A DNA stretch of 64,000 nucleotides from Guillardia theta CCMP2712 (Eukaryota; Protista; Cryptophyta): NCBI RefSeq assembly GCF_000315625.1, contig NW_005434623.1, positions 151,317 to 215,316 of the forward strand, written 5' to 3'. Below the pieces are notes generated by a model. It worked only from the letters and a program-made list of their open reading frames with translations. It did not search any database and was not told the DNA's origin. Positions 25,214-36,305 of this stretch are shown here, piece after piece. A program made the translations under genes and the position numbers. Numbering within the stretch: position 1 is the stretch's first letter; each line of letters begins with the position of its first letter.

Positions 25214-25672
25214 CCTCCTCCTGTTCCTGCTTCTCGTTGTTGTCGTCATCGTCACCATCATCGTGATCGTCCACCTACATTTTCTCATTGTCAACCTCCC
25301 CTTGTTGTTTTTGACCTCCCTCCTTTTTCCTTTTCACTGCGAACTTCGTTCGTCAGCGTCTGGGCTGCATATCTACATAGCCTTCCACCTTGGAGGAGGA
25401 GGAGGAGGAGGAGAAGAAAGAGAAAGTCGAAAGTCGTATGTCCTCAGATTTGGGGCAGAGGCGACGAGGTGAGAGAGGGAGCGAGATGAAGAGAGTAATG
25501 AAACAGGAATGGAGGCAAGCGATGGGCAGAAAGGAGGAAGGAAGAGAGAGAGGAGGGAGAGGAGGGAGGGGAGGGGACGGACTTATTCTAATGGCAGGGT
25601 GGAAAGCAATTCGGAGAGGGGGAAGTTTATCCACCAGAATGGATTCGCATCCCCAACGACTTTGTCAGGTGA
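21446..25672 (+). CDS. Glycosyltransferase family 11 (alpha-1,2-fucosyltransferase-like) protein with long N-terminal extension, multi-exon
   Basis: N-terminal hydrophobic anchor; exons read FPRLYGLMGNVLFQ (GxGNxLFQ motif), FLELRMMSMCDHHIVANSTF|SVWAAYL (motif III), EVYPPEWIRIPNDFVR* (TGA 25670-25672). Confidence 0.8.
23698..23845. repeat. (GAGAT)n microsatellite, intronic
   Basis: Read directly. Confidence 0.95.
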
Positions 25673-26053
25673 TGAAAGGGGCTGGGCTGAGGAGAAGGAG
25701 GAGGAAGAGGAGAGGAGGAGGAGGAGAGGAGGAGGAGGAAAAGAGGGGGAGTGAGGAGGAAGAGGAAGAGGAGAGGAGGAGAGAGGATGAAGAGAATAGG
25801 ATCTTATGAGATAGCAGGACGGGCGATGGAGAATAATATCTACACGGTTTTGCTACCACTTGAATTTATGAGGTTTTGAAGGTGCACAGGAGGGCAAAAG
25901 GTAAGTGAGCAAGGAGATGAATCCAATTTGTATTCTAGCTGTGAAATGTACAAACTTTCAGCCTGTTGCTGTGAACAATCATTAAATGCTCTTGCACTTG
26001 CATCGTCCTTCGTCGTGTTGTCATCACTCGCTCCGTTCCCTTTCCCTCCTCCT

Positions 26054-28438
26054 CTACTTCTTCATCAACAGACCCGAGAAGCAGCCGATCTTGCTGTGGG
26101 AGCCCTTGTTGGTCGCTCGAAAGACCCCCTTCCCCTCCTGCTCGTGAAATCTTTCCGAAGCTCTGCATATAATCGCCTCCTTCTCTTCCCTCCTCCTCCT
26201 CCACGACACTGGATCTCCCCGCTCACCAGGGGGGGCAGGAGCAACATGCTTCATCGCTGCGATGATACACGAGTGAACCTCCCGGACAACTCTCCTCCTC
26301 CGCTCCTCCTCCATCGTCTGCCATGAACGAGCCGCCTCCTCCTTCACTCCTTCGATGCTCAGCCCTGCCGTCTTGCTTTCCTCTTGCATCCTTCTCCTCG
26401 TGATTGCTACCCACACCTCGTAGAGGCAGAGCCCATGGCTGAGATAATACTTCGCTACTCGCTCCCCCTCCTCCTTGCTGTACAAGTCCATCTTGTCCAT
26501 CGGCTCTGGAACTTCCCCCCTCCTCAGGTCCTCGGCTGCGTCCTGCGAGGAGGCAAACCACTGCTGCCCCCTTGCCTCTGGGCTCGCAAACCCAAGTCCA
26601 CTCCCCAGCAGCCTTCCGGCTCTGACGTCTTCCACTGTCTCCGCCACAAGCTCTCGAGCCTCTTTGAAGTAGAGCTCGATGTCAGCTGGGGTGAGCTCAG
26701 CACGGGCAGTGAGCGAGTCCTGTTTATCGCAGTCGGAGAAGAAGGAGATGTTGCGAAGGGACCGCTGCTGCTCTTCGCTCCCCCGACTCCTTCCGATGTA
26801 CCGCCACTCCCCCGTCCTAGGAACGAGCCGGTAGAGAGGTAGGAGCTTCCAGCCGTGCTCGGCGACGAACAGAACGGCATTAACAAGGAAGCGGGCCGTC
26901 TTTTCCGAGAGGAAGAAGTTGAAGTTGAGCCGCACGAACCCGGGTTTGATCGCTTCGTCCCCCTGCAGGGCAGCCGTCTCGATCACGAACCCTGCCGAAA
27001 CGCTTATGTCAAAGAGCCGCTGGCCAAAGGGGCCGGCGCACGCGCACCCTGCTCGGCTCTGGATGCCGAAGAGGTCGTTGAGCAGGCAAGCGACGAAGTT
27101 GTGATGCAGCAGCCGCTTCCCGTGCGCCACCACGAACGAGACGATGCTCAGCCGCGGCAGGTTCTCGTCCCCCAAGATGAACACCTTCCCGCTAGCCCCC
27201 CATGCTGCCTTTGCCTCCTTCCAGAAGTGACGCTCCCGCTCCTCGATCGTTCTCACTCCCACCTCCATCTTCAGTCGGAACACCAGACCGCACCGGATCG
27301 CTCCTACGATCTCCGGCGTGCCTCCCTCCTCCCTCTCCTCGACCGAGTCTAGGTACCGATGCTCGAAGTTGGACACGAACAGGACGGTCCCTCCCGCTGG
27401 CGTGCAGGGAGACCCTCGCGCCTTGGCGTCCTCATATACGGCCTTCTTGTTGAAGACGAGGACCCCGGGAGTCGACGGCCCCCCCACGAACTTGTGCGGA
27501 GAGATGAAGACAGCGTCCTTGTAGGCCAGAGGCCTCGAGGGGTTCATGTCGATGTCCACGTAGGGCCCAGCAGCCGCGTAGTCGAAGAAGGCGAGGGCTC
27601 CGTGCTCGTGGAGGACTGTAGCGATCTCTTCTACATCCGTCAGCACTCCCGTGACGTTGGAGGCGGCGGAGAATGATCCTATCTTCATCCTCCTCCCCCT
27701 GTTCTTCAACAGCACCCGGCGCAGGTCGTCAAGGTCGACTCCTCCCTTCCCCTTCAGCTGCACCTCCACCACATCCGCGTCGCTCTCCCGCCATGGCAGG
27801 ATGTTGGAATGATGCTCGTACGGTCCGATGATGACCAGCGGCCGCTCCTTCCTCTCCAGGCTCTCCCTCCACCCCTTGCTCTGCTTCAGCAGCTGAACCA
27901 TCTTGTAGATGGCTGCTGTGCATCCTGACCCCGCGAACAACACGACGTCTTTGCCTTCCTTGCCGTGAACGCTCTCGAAGATGATGCTCCTCGCTTCCTC
28001 GCGGTACTTGGAGGTCTGCTTCCCCGTGTGTGACACCGTCGTGTGCGTGTTGGCGTAGTGGGGCAGCACTTCATGCCGGATCGCGTCCTCAATGAACGTG
28101 AGCGAACGGCCGGAAGCTGTGTAGTCCGCGTAGACGAGCTTGCGAGTCCCGAAGGGGGTCTGAACAGGAGCACATGATCCGATTACAGACGCCTCAATCT
28201 GCTCGAGCAGACTTGCTTCCCCCCGGTCGTTCTGAAAGGGCACAGTGGGAGCCAGCGAGGCTGTTCGGCTGAAGGATTCGCTTGCCTTTTGGCTGGAGAA
28301 AGAGCCGTCGGGCTGGACGGGCTGGAACTGCATCTTGCTCACCATAGAGCTCTCAGGTTCTCCGTATCCAAAGTTGGTCCCTACTTCCAGCACATCCTCA
28401 ACGATCTGCAGCTGGAGGTCGTCGAAGGAAGTGGCCAT
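26054..28438 (-). CDS. Class V PLP-dependent aminotransferase / cysteine-desulfurase-like protein
   Basis: ATG 28438 (MATSFDDL); motifs YADYTASGR, YANTHT, GPYEHHSN, FSAASNVTG, SPHKFVGGP (PLP lysine), RAGCACAGPFG. Confidence 0.92.
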   Translation of the reverse strand: MATSFDDLQLQIVEDVLEVGTNFGYGEPESSMVSKMQFQPVQPDGSFSSQKASESFSRTASLAPTVPFQNDRGEASLLEQIEASVIGSCAPVQTPFGTRKLVYADYTASGRSLTFIEDAIRHEVLPHYANTHTTVSHTGKQTSKYREEARSIIFESVHGKEGKDVVLFAGSGCTAAIYKMVQLLKQSKGWRESLERKERPLVIIGPYEHHSNILPWRESDADVVEVQLKGKGGVDLDDLRRVLLKNRGRRMKIGSFSAASNVTGVLTDVEEIATVLHEHGALAFFDYAAAGPYVDIDMNPSRPLAYKDAVFISPHKFVGGPSTPGVLVFNKKAVYEDAKARGSPCTPAGGTVLFVSNFEHRYLDSVEEREEGGTPEIVGAIRCGLVFRLKMEVGVRTIEERERHFWKEAKAAWGASGKVFILGDENLPRLSIVSFVVAHGKRLLHHNFVACLLNDLFGIQSRAGCACAGPFGQRLFDISVSAGFVIETAALQGDEAIKPGFVRLNFNFFLSEKTARFLVNAVLFVAEHGWKLLPLYRLVPRTGEWRYIGRSRGSEEQQRSLRNISFFSDCDKQDSLTARAELTPADIELYFKEARELVAETVEDVRAGRLLGSGLGFASPEARGQQWFASSQDAAEDLRRGEVPEPMDKMDLYSKEEGERVAKYYLSHGLCLYEVWVAITRRRMQEESKTAGLSIEGVKEEAARSWQTMEEERRRRVVREVHSCIIAAMKHVAPAPPGERGDPVSWRRRREEKEAIICRASERFHEQEGKGVFRATNKGSHSKIGCFSGLLMKK

Positions 28439-29199
28439 GGAGATCTTGGTATGTCGATCAACAGGAGGAAGGGGAGAGGAGCAGGTTCGGAGAGCAGGCG
28501 GATCCTGATATCCCCCTGTCACATTCCCCTCCACAGCTCGCAGTTTGCACCTTTGCCCACCACCCACCCCCCTTTACCCCACTTCTTTGGGGAATTGGAG
28601 GGGTCCATAACTGAAGACAAGATACAGTTGTGCCCCACCCCCTGTACTTGTCACCCGTATCCCCCATTACTTTACTTCATACAGTACCACCGGTCCTCTC
28701 CCCTGCCTTGCACCATGTACCCCACCCTGTTTCTAAACCACAAATTAACACCTGATATCGTAACGATATCTGTAACGGTAAAATTTGTACCAAACTAAAA
28801 TTAGCTGAAAGTTTTACTGAACACCAAAAAAGGCTGTCCAGGGATCACCCAACGGCCGCGGTACAATCTTTCACTCAATTGTCAATATCCCTGCTACTGA
28901 AAACTTTAGTCAAGTGGTGTCACCGAGTACTGGCAGGAGCAATAGGAAACGGTCAAGTTCCGCCCTCCTCCGCCCCCTTTGCAACGGCCCCCCGGCCACT
29001 GCAATAATGAGTGCGCCTCAGGTTTATGTCGTGGGGCAGAGCCTAATTGAATGAAGATGATTAAGAAGAGCAATTGTCTGTCTGCTGTGCTGCTGCAATT
29101 GAGCCCTTAGTGCTTTGAGGGAGGCGGGCTGCCTGCCCTTTCAGGAGTCCGCGCTAAGGGAGAAAAATCTGGTCATGGATAATCATCGACCTTGAAGTG

Positions 29200-29490
29200 G
29201 GGGGACCGTCAAGCGGGGGAATAGTAGTAGTAGTACGGTCGGACCCCATCAAAGCGCCTGGGGCCGAGACTTTGAACGTTTACTCTGCGGCGGCCGGGGT
29301 TGCCGTCGGCGTTCCGAGGCACTAACTTAGCTTTGAGTAAATCCTCGACTCTCTGAGTACTGATCTTTAACTTAACTTAGAGTAAAGATCATCGCCGTGG
29401 CGCCGCGGGCCCGGGGTATGATCAGTCGAGGCTCGTAAGACCAGTTTTAAACTTAACCGTAACGTTGAGTGTACGGTAGTACCGGGGGTC
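29200..29490. repeat. GC-rich island 6 with two minus-strand copies of the TTTACTCAAAG element (29324-29341, 29342-29388)
   Basis: AACTTAGCTTTGAGTAAA and TCCTCGACTCTCTGAGTACTGATCTTTAACTTAACTTAGAGTAAAGA. Confidence 0.75.
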
Positions 29491-32400
29491 AATATGTACT
29501 GCTGCTTAGTGCGCCTCCTCCTCCGCCGCTCCTCCTCCTCCTCCTCCTCATGGTTGTCTTCTTCAGGCTCCTCCCCATCTTGCCCGGGCTTCGACGCCTT
29601 GATTCACTCCTTGCCGAGGCTCCTCCCTCCGTCCTCCCTGCTCCTCCCCACCTCCTCCTCTGATTCGTCCGTCCTGTTTCCAACCTGTGACTTCATCCTT
29701 GTTCATCGTCTTGCCTGCCGGCGATCCACAGCTCTCCTCTCAACCTCTTGCATCTCTCAATGAACACTCCTTCAACAATCCTCCTTCACGCTCGTTTCTT
29801 CTCGTCTTCTCGTTGCGATACCGACGGCCCTTTTGGTCCTCCAGGCCCGAACTCTTGCAGGAGGCTCTGCCTCCCTTGTCATCCTCCTCGTTCGAGACGT
29901 TTCCTCCTCCTCCTCCTCCTCCTCCTCTCCTCCTCCTCCTCCTCCTCACCTTGGGTATGGAAGGAAGACTGTACTCCCATTCGTCCTCGGCTTCCCCGTG
30001 GAGAGGGTCGACGTCCGGCCTGAGTTTTACCTATTGCAACAGAAGGGAGGAGGAGGCGGAGGAGGAGCAGGAAAAGGTGGAGGAGGACAAGGAAGAGGAG
30101 GAAGAAGAGCAAGAGGAGGAAGAGGAGCAAGAAGAGATTGCTTGACATCAGCAGAGCTAAGCAGAGCAGGCAAACACTACCTCCTCCCCTGTGTAGAAGT
30201 GCTGAACAAAGTTGTACTGAACGTCCTGCAAGGGTACAGCAATCATTCGCCTTGCGATGACAGTCAGGAAGGTCACTTCACCTCGACCGTCAGCATGTCG
30301 ATCATCTTGCTGATCGCAAGCGCAAGCTCGAACTTGGACAACCTGTTCTCATTGATGTCCTTCATGACACTCGAGACCTGCGGCAAGCATCATGACTGGC
30401 AGACGCCCTGGGGAGCGACAAACCTGGTTTAGCTTCATCCTCCACCCGACGAGGTAGTAGAGGAGGACAAGCAGAGACGTCACGAGCCCGCTGAGTGACG
30501 TCTCGGTTGCTTCTTCGAAGGAGGAGAGGAGGACGATCATGATGAGGGAGAAGATAAGGTTTGACAAGTTTGTCAGGATATAGTCGAAGTCTTTCACTGA
30601 CGAGTTGCACGCCCTTGAGGCGATTTGCTGCCAGATCTTGCCGCATCTGCAAGGAAGGAGATTGGGGAGGGGAGGAGGAGGAGGGAGGAGGAGGAGGAGG
30701 AGGAGGAGGAGGAGGAGGAGGAGGAGGAGGAGGAGGAGGAGGAGGAGGGAGGAGGAGGAGGAGGAGGAGGAGGNNNNNNNNNNNNNNNNNNNNNNNNNNN
30801 NNNNNNNNNNNNNNNNNNNNNNNNNNNNNNNNNNNNNNNNNNNNNNNNNNNNNNNNNNNNNNNNNNNNNNNNNGAGATGGAGATTGACTCTATTGTAAGA
30901 CCTCGGGTTTCGAACTGGCCGTTCTCACACATGACTTGCACATAGTTGAGGTAACGGAGCTGACTTGGGGTTAAGATCTGCTCATCTCCATGAAGAAGGC
31001 TGGATTTCCTAAGTCGTTTCCATGCGAACCACTCCATGGCATCGTTGACATTCGGAGAGAATTTGCAGTAAACCAGCCAGGCACAAACCATCACAGCTGT
31101 CCTCCCCTTTCCGTTCCTGCAGTGGACCGCAACCACGTGATTTGAGTCATCTTCGAGATACGATGCCGTGTGCTCCAGGAAGGAAACAATCTGCGAGAGG
31201 AGGGGAGGATTATGATTCACTGTCGGAATCCTTTCCACTCTGTTTCCAAACAACCTGGCATCATAAGATCTTTCAGAGCAGACATTGAAGATGAGATGAT
31301 TGGCAGGGTGCTTCAAGTAGAAGAACCTTTGAACCTCCTCAAGAGAATTTGCAAAGATTGCTTCAGTTCCAACTGCAGGAAGTGACATCGCGATGCATGT
31401 GGGAGGAGGAGGAGGAGGAGGAGGAGGAGGAGGAGGAGAGGAATGGGAAAGGGAGAAGGGGTAGATATGATTAGTGCAATGCCAGAGGATGATGAAAGAG
31501 AAATGTGGATGAGGTAAAATGAAAGGAGTTGGGAGTTGGAGTGGAGGGAAGAAGTAACGAAGATCAGAAGGCAGCAAGGAGAAAAGGCGACAATGAAAAA
31601 TTGGCACGATGAGAAGGAGGAAAGAAGGGAGAGGAAGACACAGAGGAGAGAATGAGGAAGAGGCAAAAGAAAGAGCACGGGAATGGAAGAGAAAGACAAA
31701 GAAGCGATTGAAGGGTTTCCGGAAGAGGAGAGGAGGAGGGGGAGGAGGAGGAGGAGCGGCAGCGACATAAGGAGGAGGATGAGGAGGAGGAGGAGGAGGA
31801 GAGGAGGAGAAGGAGGAGGAGGAGGAGAGGAGGAGGAGGAGAGGGAGAGGAGGAGGAGGAGGAGGAGGAGGAGGAGGAGAAAATGAAGACCTCCAAAGGT
31901 TTGACAGGGCCACAACGAGGTGGAAGATCAGAGTAACTTGCTCCTCCATGAGGGGGAAGATGGTGCTGTTAAAGAAAACCTCCGCAGCCTTGATGTGCCT
32001 CCTGGAGTTGCGGGCAAGGACAAAGTGGTAGAGCACGAGGAGAGGAGAGAGGAGGGCGAGGATGATGCCGAGGAGGAGGAGGACAAGGAGGAAAACGAGG
32101 GGTACAGAGAGGAAGAAAGCTTCTTTGAGGAGGAGAACGGCCCAGAGCACGGACTTGATCTGAACAACTCCGAGCAGGGGGATGGAGACGTTCCTGGTCG
32201 GGTCGGAGGGGAGGGCGTACACATGGGAGACGTGTCCTCTGAGTACGTCGAGGTAGAGGACGAGGGAGGCAACGAGGGAGATGAAGGAGATGATGTTGAA
32301 GTCTTCCTCGGGAGGGCTCAGGAGGGTTTTCCTGGTCCCGCTCCTGATCGCTCCTCCTCTTGACCCGGGCAGGAATTCGTTGATCTTGCCGTCGCTGAAC

Positions 32401-32668
32401 ATTGCGCTCCTCCTCCGCAGCCTCTCCTACCCAGAGACAGTTACTGTTCCTGCTCCAGCTACTTGCCATCCTTTCTGCTTCCCCCCCCCCCCCAACCCCA
32501 TCATCCCCATCCTCCCGCTCCTTCCCCTGCTCCTGCTCCACCACCATTTCATCCTGGTCCTCTTGCTCCTCCCCTTCCGCGCCGTCACCATCTCCACTCC
32601 CACTCCCACTCCCACTCCCACTCCCACTCTCACTCCCATTCCCACTCCCATTCCCACTCCCATTCCCA

Positions 32669-32733
<65 letters not shown>

Positions 32734-34025
32734 CTCCTCACCTTGAAGCGACACGCACTCTTGTGGTTTTCGCGCAGCTTCACCAGCCTCTCCCATGTCG
32801 CCTGCCGCTGCATCTTCTTGGCATCCACTGCTGCTGCCTTCTCCCCCTCCACCTTCCCCGTGCTCGAAGGGTCAAGGGGATCTTGTTGGTTGATGTCCTC
32901 CAACCCCGCGATGAAGTCTCGGTAGGCAGCAGCAGCTGCAGAGCCACGAGGAGCAGCAGTGCGAGGGAGGAGGGAGCCGTCTTGGAAGTAGAACTTGGCA
33001 CTGCAGGTACGGTGAGGAGGGTGGAGGAGGAGAGGGGGAGAGGAGGAGAGAAGAAGATTGATACGATGAGAAAAGGTAGAGAACTACTTGTATTTCAAGT
33101 GAAGGGCCGGCTGAAAGACTGTTCGAGCATCAATATCAGCGTAGAATGTCCTGCAGGATGTGAGAGAACGAAAGAGGAATGAACATGTCAAGACTTGACC
33201 TCTTCTTATTCTGCAATCTCTGCCTTTCGATGGACTTTTTGTTTGACTCTTTCCTCAAGTTGACCTGGTTCCTCAAGATCGACACGACTGGATGCAAATG
33301 GCGGGAAAGTCAGAGGGGAGGAGAGAACTAGATTTCTCTCACATCGATCGGATAGCTTGTCGCCAGCATGACTTGATTTCTCGCCCAAAGCTCCTGCTGT
33401 CTCCGTCTGACGGGTCGTGATGGGATGAGAGGAGAGGATCTTGTTGTCTTGTTGCATCGACGCCTTCATCTCCTCCTGATCTGCATCACCACACACTACA
33501 CATGCTCGCCATCTTACCTTCCCTTCGGTCTTTTGGCTGGTCGAGACCGGAGCCTTCCTCCTCCGCAAGAACAGGTAGACAGCAGCAACAACTACAGCAA
33601 ACGCTCTGTTCACGTTGATGCAAGGAGTGTGAGAGTTCTTTACCAATGATTGAGCAGCACGAGATCAAAACCCACAGCACGTGCTTCCATCGCAGCCCTC
33701 GTGGCTGCCGCGCAGTCCGATCGTCGTCGGACGCCCCTGAAGAAGATGCTCTACGACGATTCCTCGAATCCATATGCTCTTCCTCAAAGTAGTCCTCCTC
33801 CTCCTCCTCCTCCGGGAAGTAGGAGGAGGAGGAGGAGGAGAAGTAGGAGGAGGGTCGTCTCTGTCTGTCGCGATGTTGCTGACGGTCATAGTCTGGTCGT
33901 CTGTATCGGCCATGATGATAAGAATGTCGCGCATGCCTCTCACGCCCATCAGACGTGCTGTGCTCGTCCATCTTGGGCGACCTCCCCCCCATGTGCATCA
34001 CAGCGTTCAGGGCAGCAAGGGCCAC
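29490..34025 (-). CDS. Membrane protein with PTEN/TPTE-like phosphatase domain, multi-exon; extent across the gap uncertain
   Basis: Domain at ~30874-31400: IAMSLPA..NSLEEV..IFNVCSERSYD..NHNPP..VAVHCRNGKGRT..TPSQLRYLNY; hydrophobic segments in upstream (~32000-32300) and downstream (~30430-30580) exons. Confidence 0.7.
30774..30873. other. Assembly gap (100 N)
   Basis: Run of n. Confidence 0.99.
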
Positions 34026-34350
34026 GATCAGGATGATCTGCAGAACAAGTCAAGTCTGTGAATGTTAGGAGCATGCCTTACAATAGCGTAAATCACTTTC
34101 TCGTGCCCTCCTTTACCTCTCTCCTGCCGGACAAAGCAACGTCAACACACTGCAGCAACAGCTTCAATTCAACCTTGGCCAATCTGACGTTTTTATTCTT
34201 GTTTGTCTCTGACATGCTCTGCGTGGTAGGAACGGGCTGTGAGCTGTGACGGTTTGACGGCATTTGCTCTATCCTCGCATTCGATTCAAGTGAATATCCC
34301 ACCAATCCTGCATTCACAACATCACATGGTGAAAGTGACAACTCGTCAGG

Positions 34351-35140
34351 TCAAGTACCACTTCTCCTCCTCATCCCGCCATCAACAACATCTTTCGCTA
34401 TCTCCCCATGTCTTCTCTTGATGTCCGAGCATCTCTCATACAAATCTCTCTCCTGCACGTCACTCGTGTGCGCGACTGGCCCGTCGTGCGGGTATGTTGA
34501 GTAGAGGGACATGTCGGGTAGATCGGTGCTCGGCATGAAGAATCCATGGCTGTCGTTGCTAGCATGCTGAGGGAGAGCATACTGATGTATCATTCCAGCA
34601 TCATGTACATGTGTGAAGTAAGGATGTTGTACAAGCACATGATTCACTGGCATCATCATCCCTTGTGCATCGTTGTGCCAGATAGCATGAGGTGGCTGTG
34701 GGGCTGCCGTGAATTGATGCATGCTATGGGAGCATGTCAGAGGCGCGTCGAGCAGAGCATGAGCCACCTGAGGTCCTGATATCCTGCCAGCTGATCGACT
34801 TGGTAGTACTCGAGCTGGTCATACCTCGACTCCCTCAAGCCATCCATCATCGCTGTTTCAAGGGTCAGCTTGGCGTGAGACCGGTCACTCTGTCAAGAGT
34901 TCGACGTGATGCATCAGTGATGCTCTTGTATGTCTGTGCTGCACAATCCATGCTCTCTTCTGAATCAGCTCGTTTTCTCTTGCTAGCAGATTGGTCCAAT
35001 GCCCTTGTGAATTTTTCGAGCTCTGTGACCTTTCTATGTTGCTTCTTTTGAGTTTTCTACACAAGGGACGGAGCACAAACCGCAGCTATCATTGTTCTTG
35101 TCAAGGCTGCTAAAACAACAACATTTCATCGCCAAAAGCA
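34351..35140 (-). CDS. Hypothetical protein (His/Met/Gln-rich C-terminal part)
   Basis: ORF 34351-34767 plus an upstream frame KKQHRKVTELEKFTRALDQSASKRKRADS; upstream CCCCTACCCC tract. Confidence 0.4.
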
Positions 35141-35539
35141 TTATTCCTCCACCTCGTCATCGTCGCGGCAACAGAACACATCGTCACAAACCAACCAACT
35201 AGGAAGTTAAGAATAGGAAAGCCTCAAGTCTGATCTGTGGACGCCTTCTATCTCTACAGCATAAGTTTGTGTCCTCTCGATGATCTAGCTATCGTCATAC
35301 TATCCTACGAATCTTCTCTCCCTGCCTCATTCTTCTCATCCCCCCGTCCTCCTCGACATTCCCTTGTCGCTTCCGACGGCACCATGCAGCACCCACCGAT
35401 GATTATCCACTCCCCTACCCCTTGTAAACTTCACACCACCCCTACCTTAGTCAATCAATCACCTAATTTGTACCCCTGGTGGCAATAACCCCAACCCCCA
35501 TTTCTTCCCGAAATCAGTCATACACCACTGACTACCCGG

Positions 35540-36150
35540 GAACATTTCATGTCGGGCCCGCCTCAGTGCCGCGCAATGGCCGGGCCGCCGTGTGCCATGG
35601 TGACTCTGAGTCACAGAGTCAGGTTGTCACTAAACCTCGCCGGACGGACTCAGTCACCGGCGTACTCTAGCACCGTCGGCCTGACTCGGATGTTCGACGG
35701 TCCCGGGGATTCAAGTTTGGATTTCGGAACTTGAAACCCGGTTTGCCCGGTGCCGCGGCCCGGCGCGGGCCCGGCCCCCGGCGGCCGGGCGGCGCCGCGC
35801 TGTTAACCCGGTGACGGACCGTTAGGCAGTAAAGGACGGCGGCCGGGCCCCGGGGGTCCCGTCGGGCCCGGCGGCCCGAGTCCAGACGGTCCTGACAGTT
35901 GAAGTTCTCGGACTTTCAGTTCAGTTTTACTGGCCGCTGTCAGTGTCACAGTGTGACGGGTACTACCGTAGTCGTGCGGTGCAGCCTGGCCGCGTGCCGG
36001 CGGAGCCTCAGGCTGGCACGTGACTCGGAGGCCAGGAAAGCTCTAGATTCGACCATGGCGGCATCATCATAGTGGACTCACAGTTCCAAATTCGCAGGCC
36101 TAGCCTGGGAGTTCCGAACTTGAAGTTGAACGGTGGCAGTTTGAAAGTTT
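35540..36150. repeat. GC-rich palindromic-word island 7
   Basis: Same vocabulary, including GACTCAGT, TTCAAGTT, AACTTGAA. Confidence 0.75.
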
Positions 36151-36305
36151 GATTGAATGGCACTGCCAGTGTCTGCTTGCCACGTTCGGATCTACGCGTG
36201 CGACTGTTCGCTGCCCCAGCCTGGAGGAGGTTGACCCAAACCTGCCCCCCACCCGCTCTGACCAGGCTGCAGACTCTGATGTGAGATAGAAGATTGAGTC
36301 AAGGT

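Noticed and set aside
24929-25809. Poly-Leu/Glu/Arg/Pro ORFs (also 31313-32925, 50964-51901, 60212-63851)
   Set aside because: Mostly translations of intronic GAG/CTC/CAT microsatellites.
28439-28567. N-terminal extension of the 837-aa ORF
   Set aside because: Begins at a non-ATG codon within the G-rich upstream tract; the ATG at 28438 is the more plausible start.
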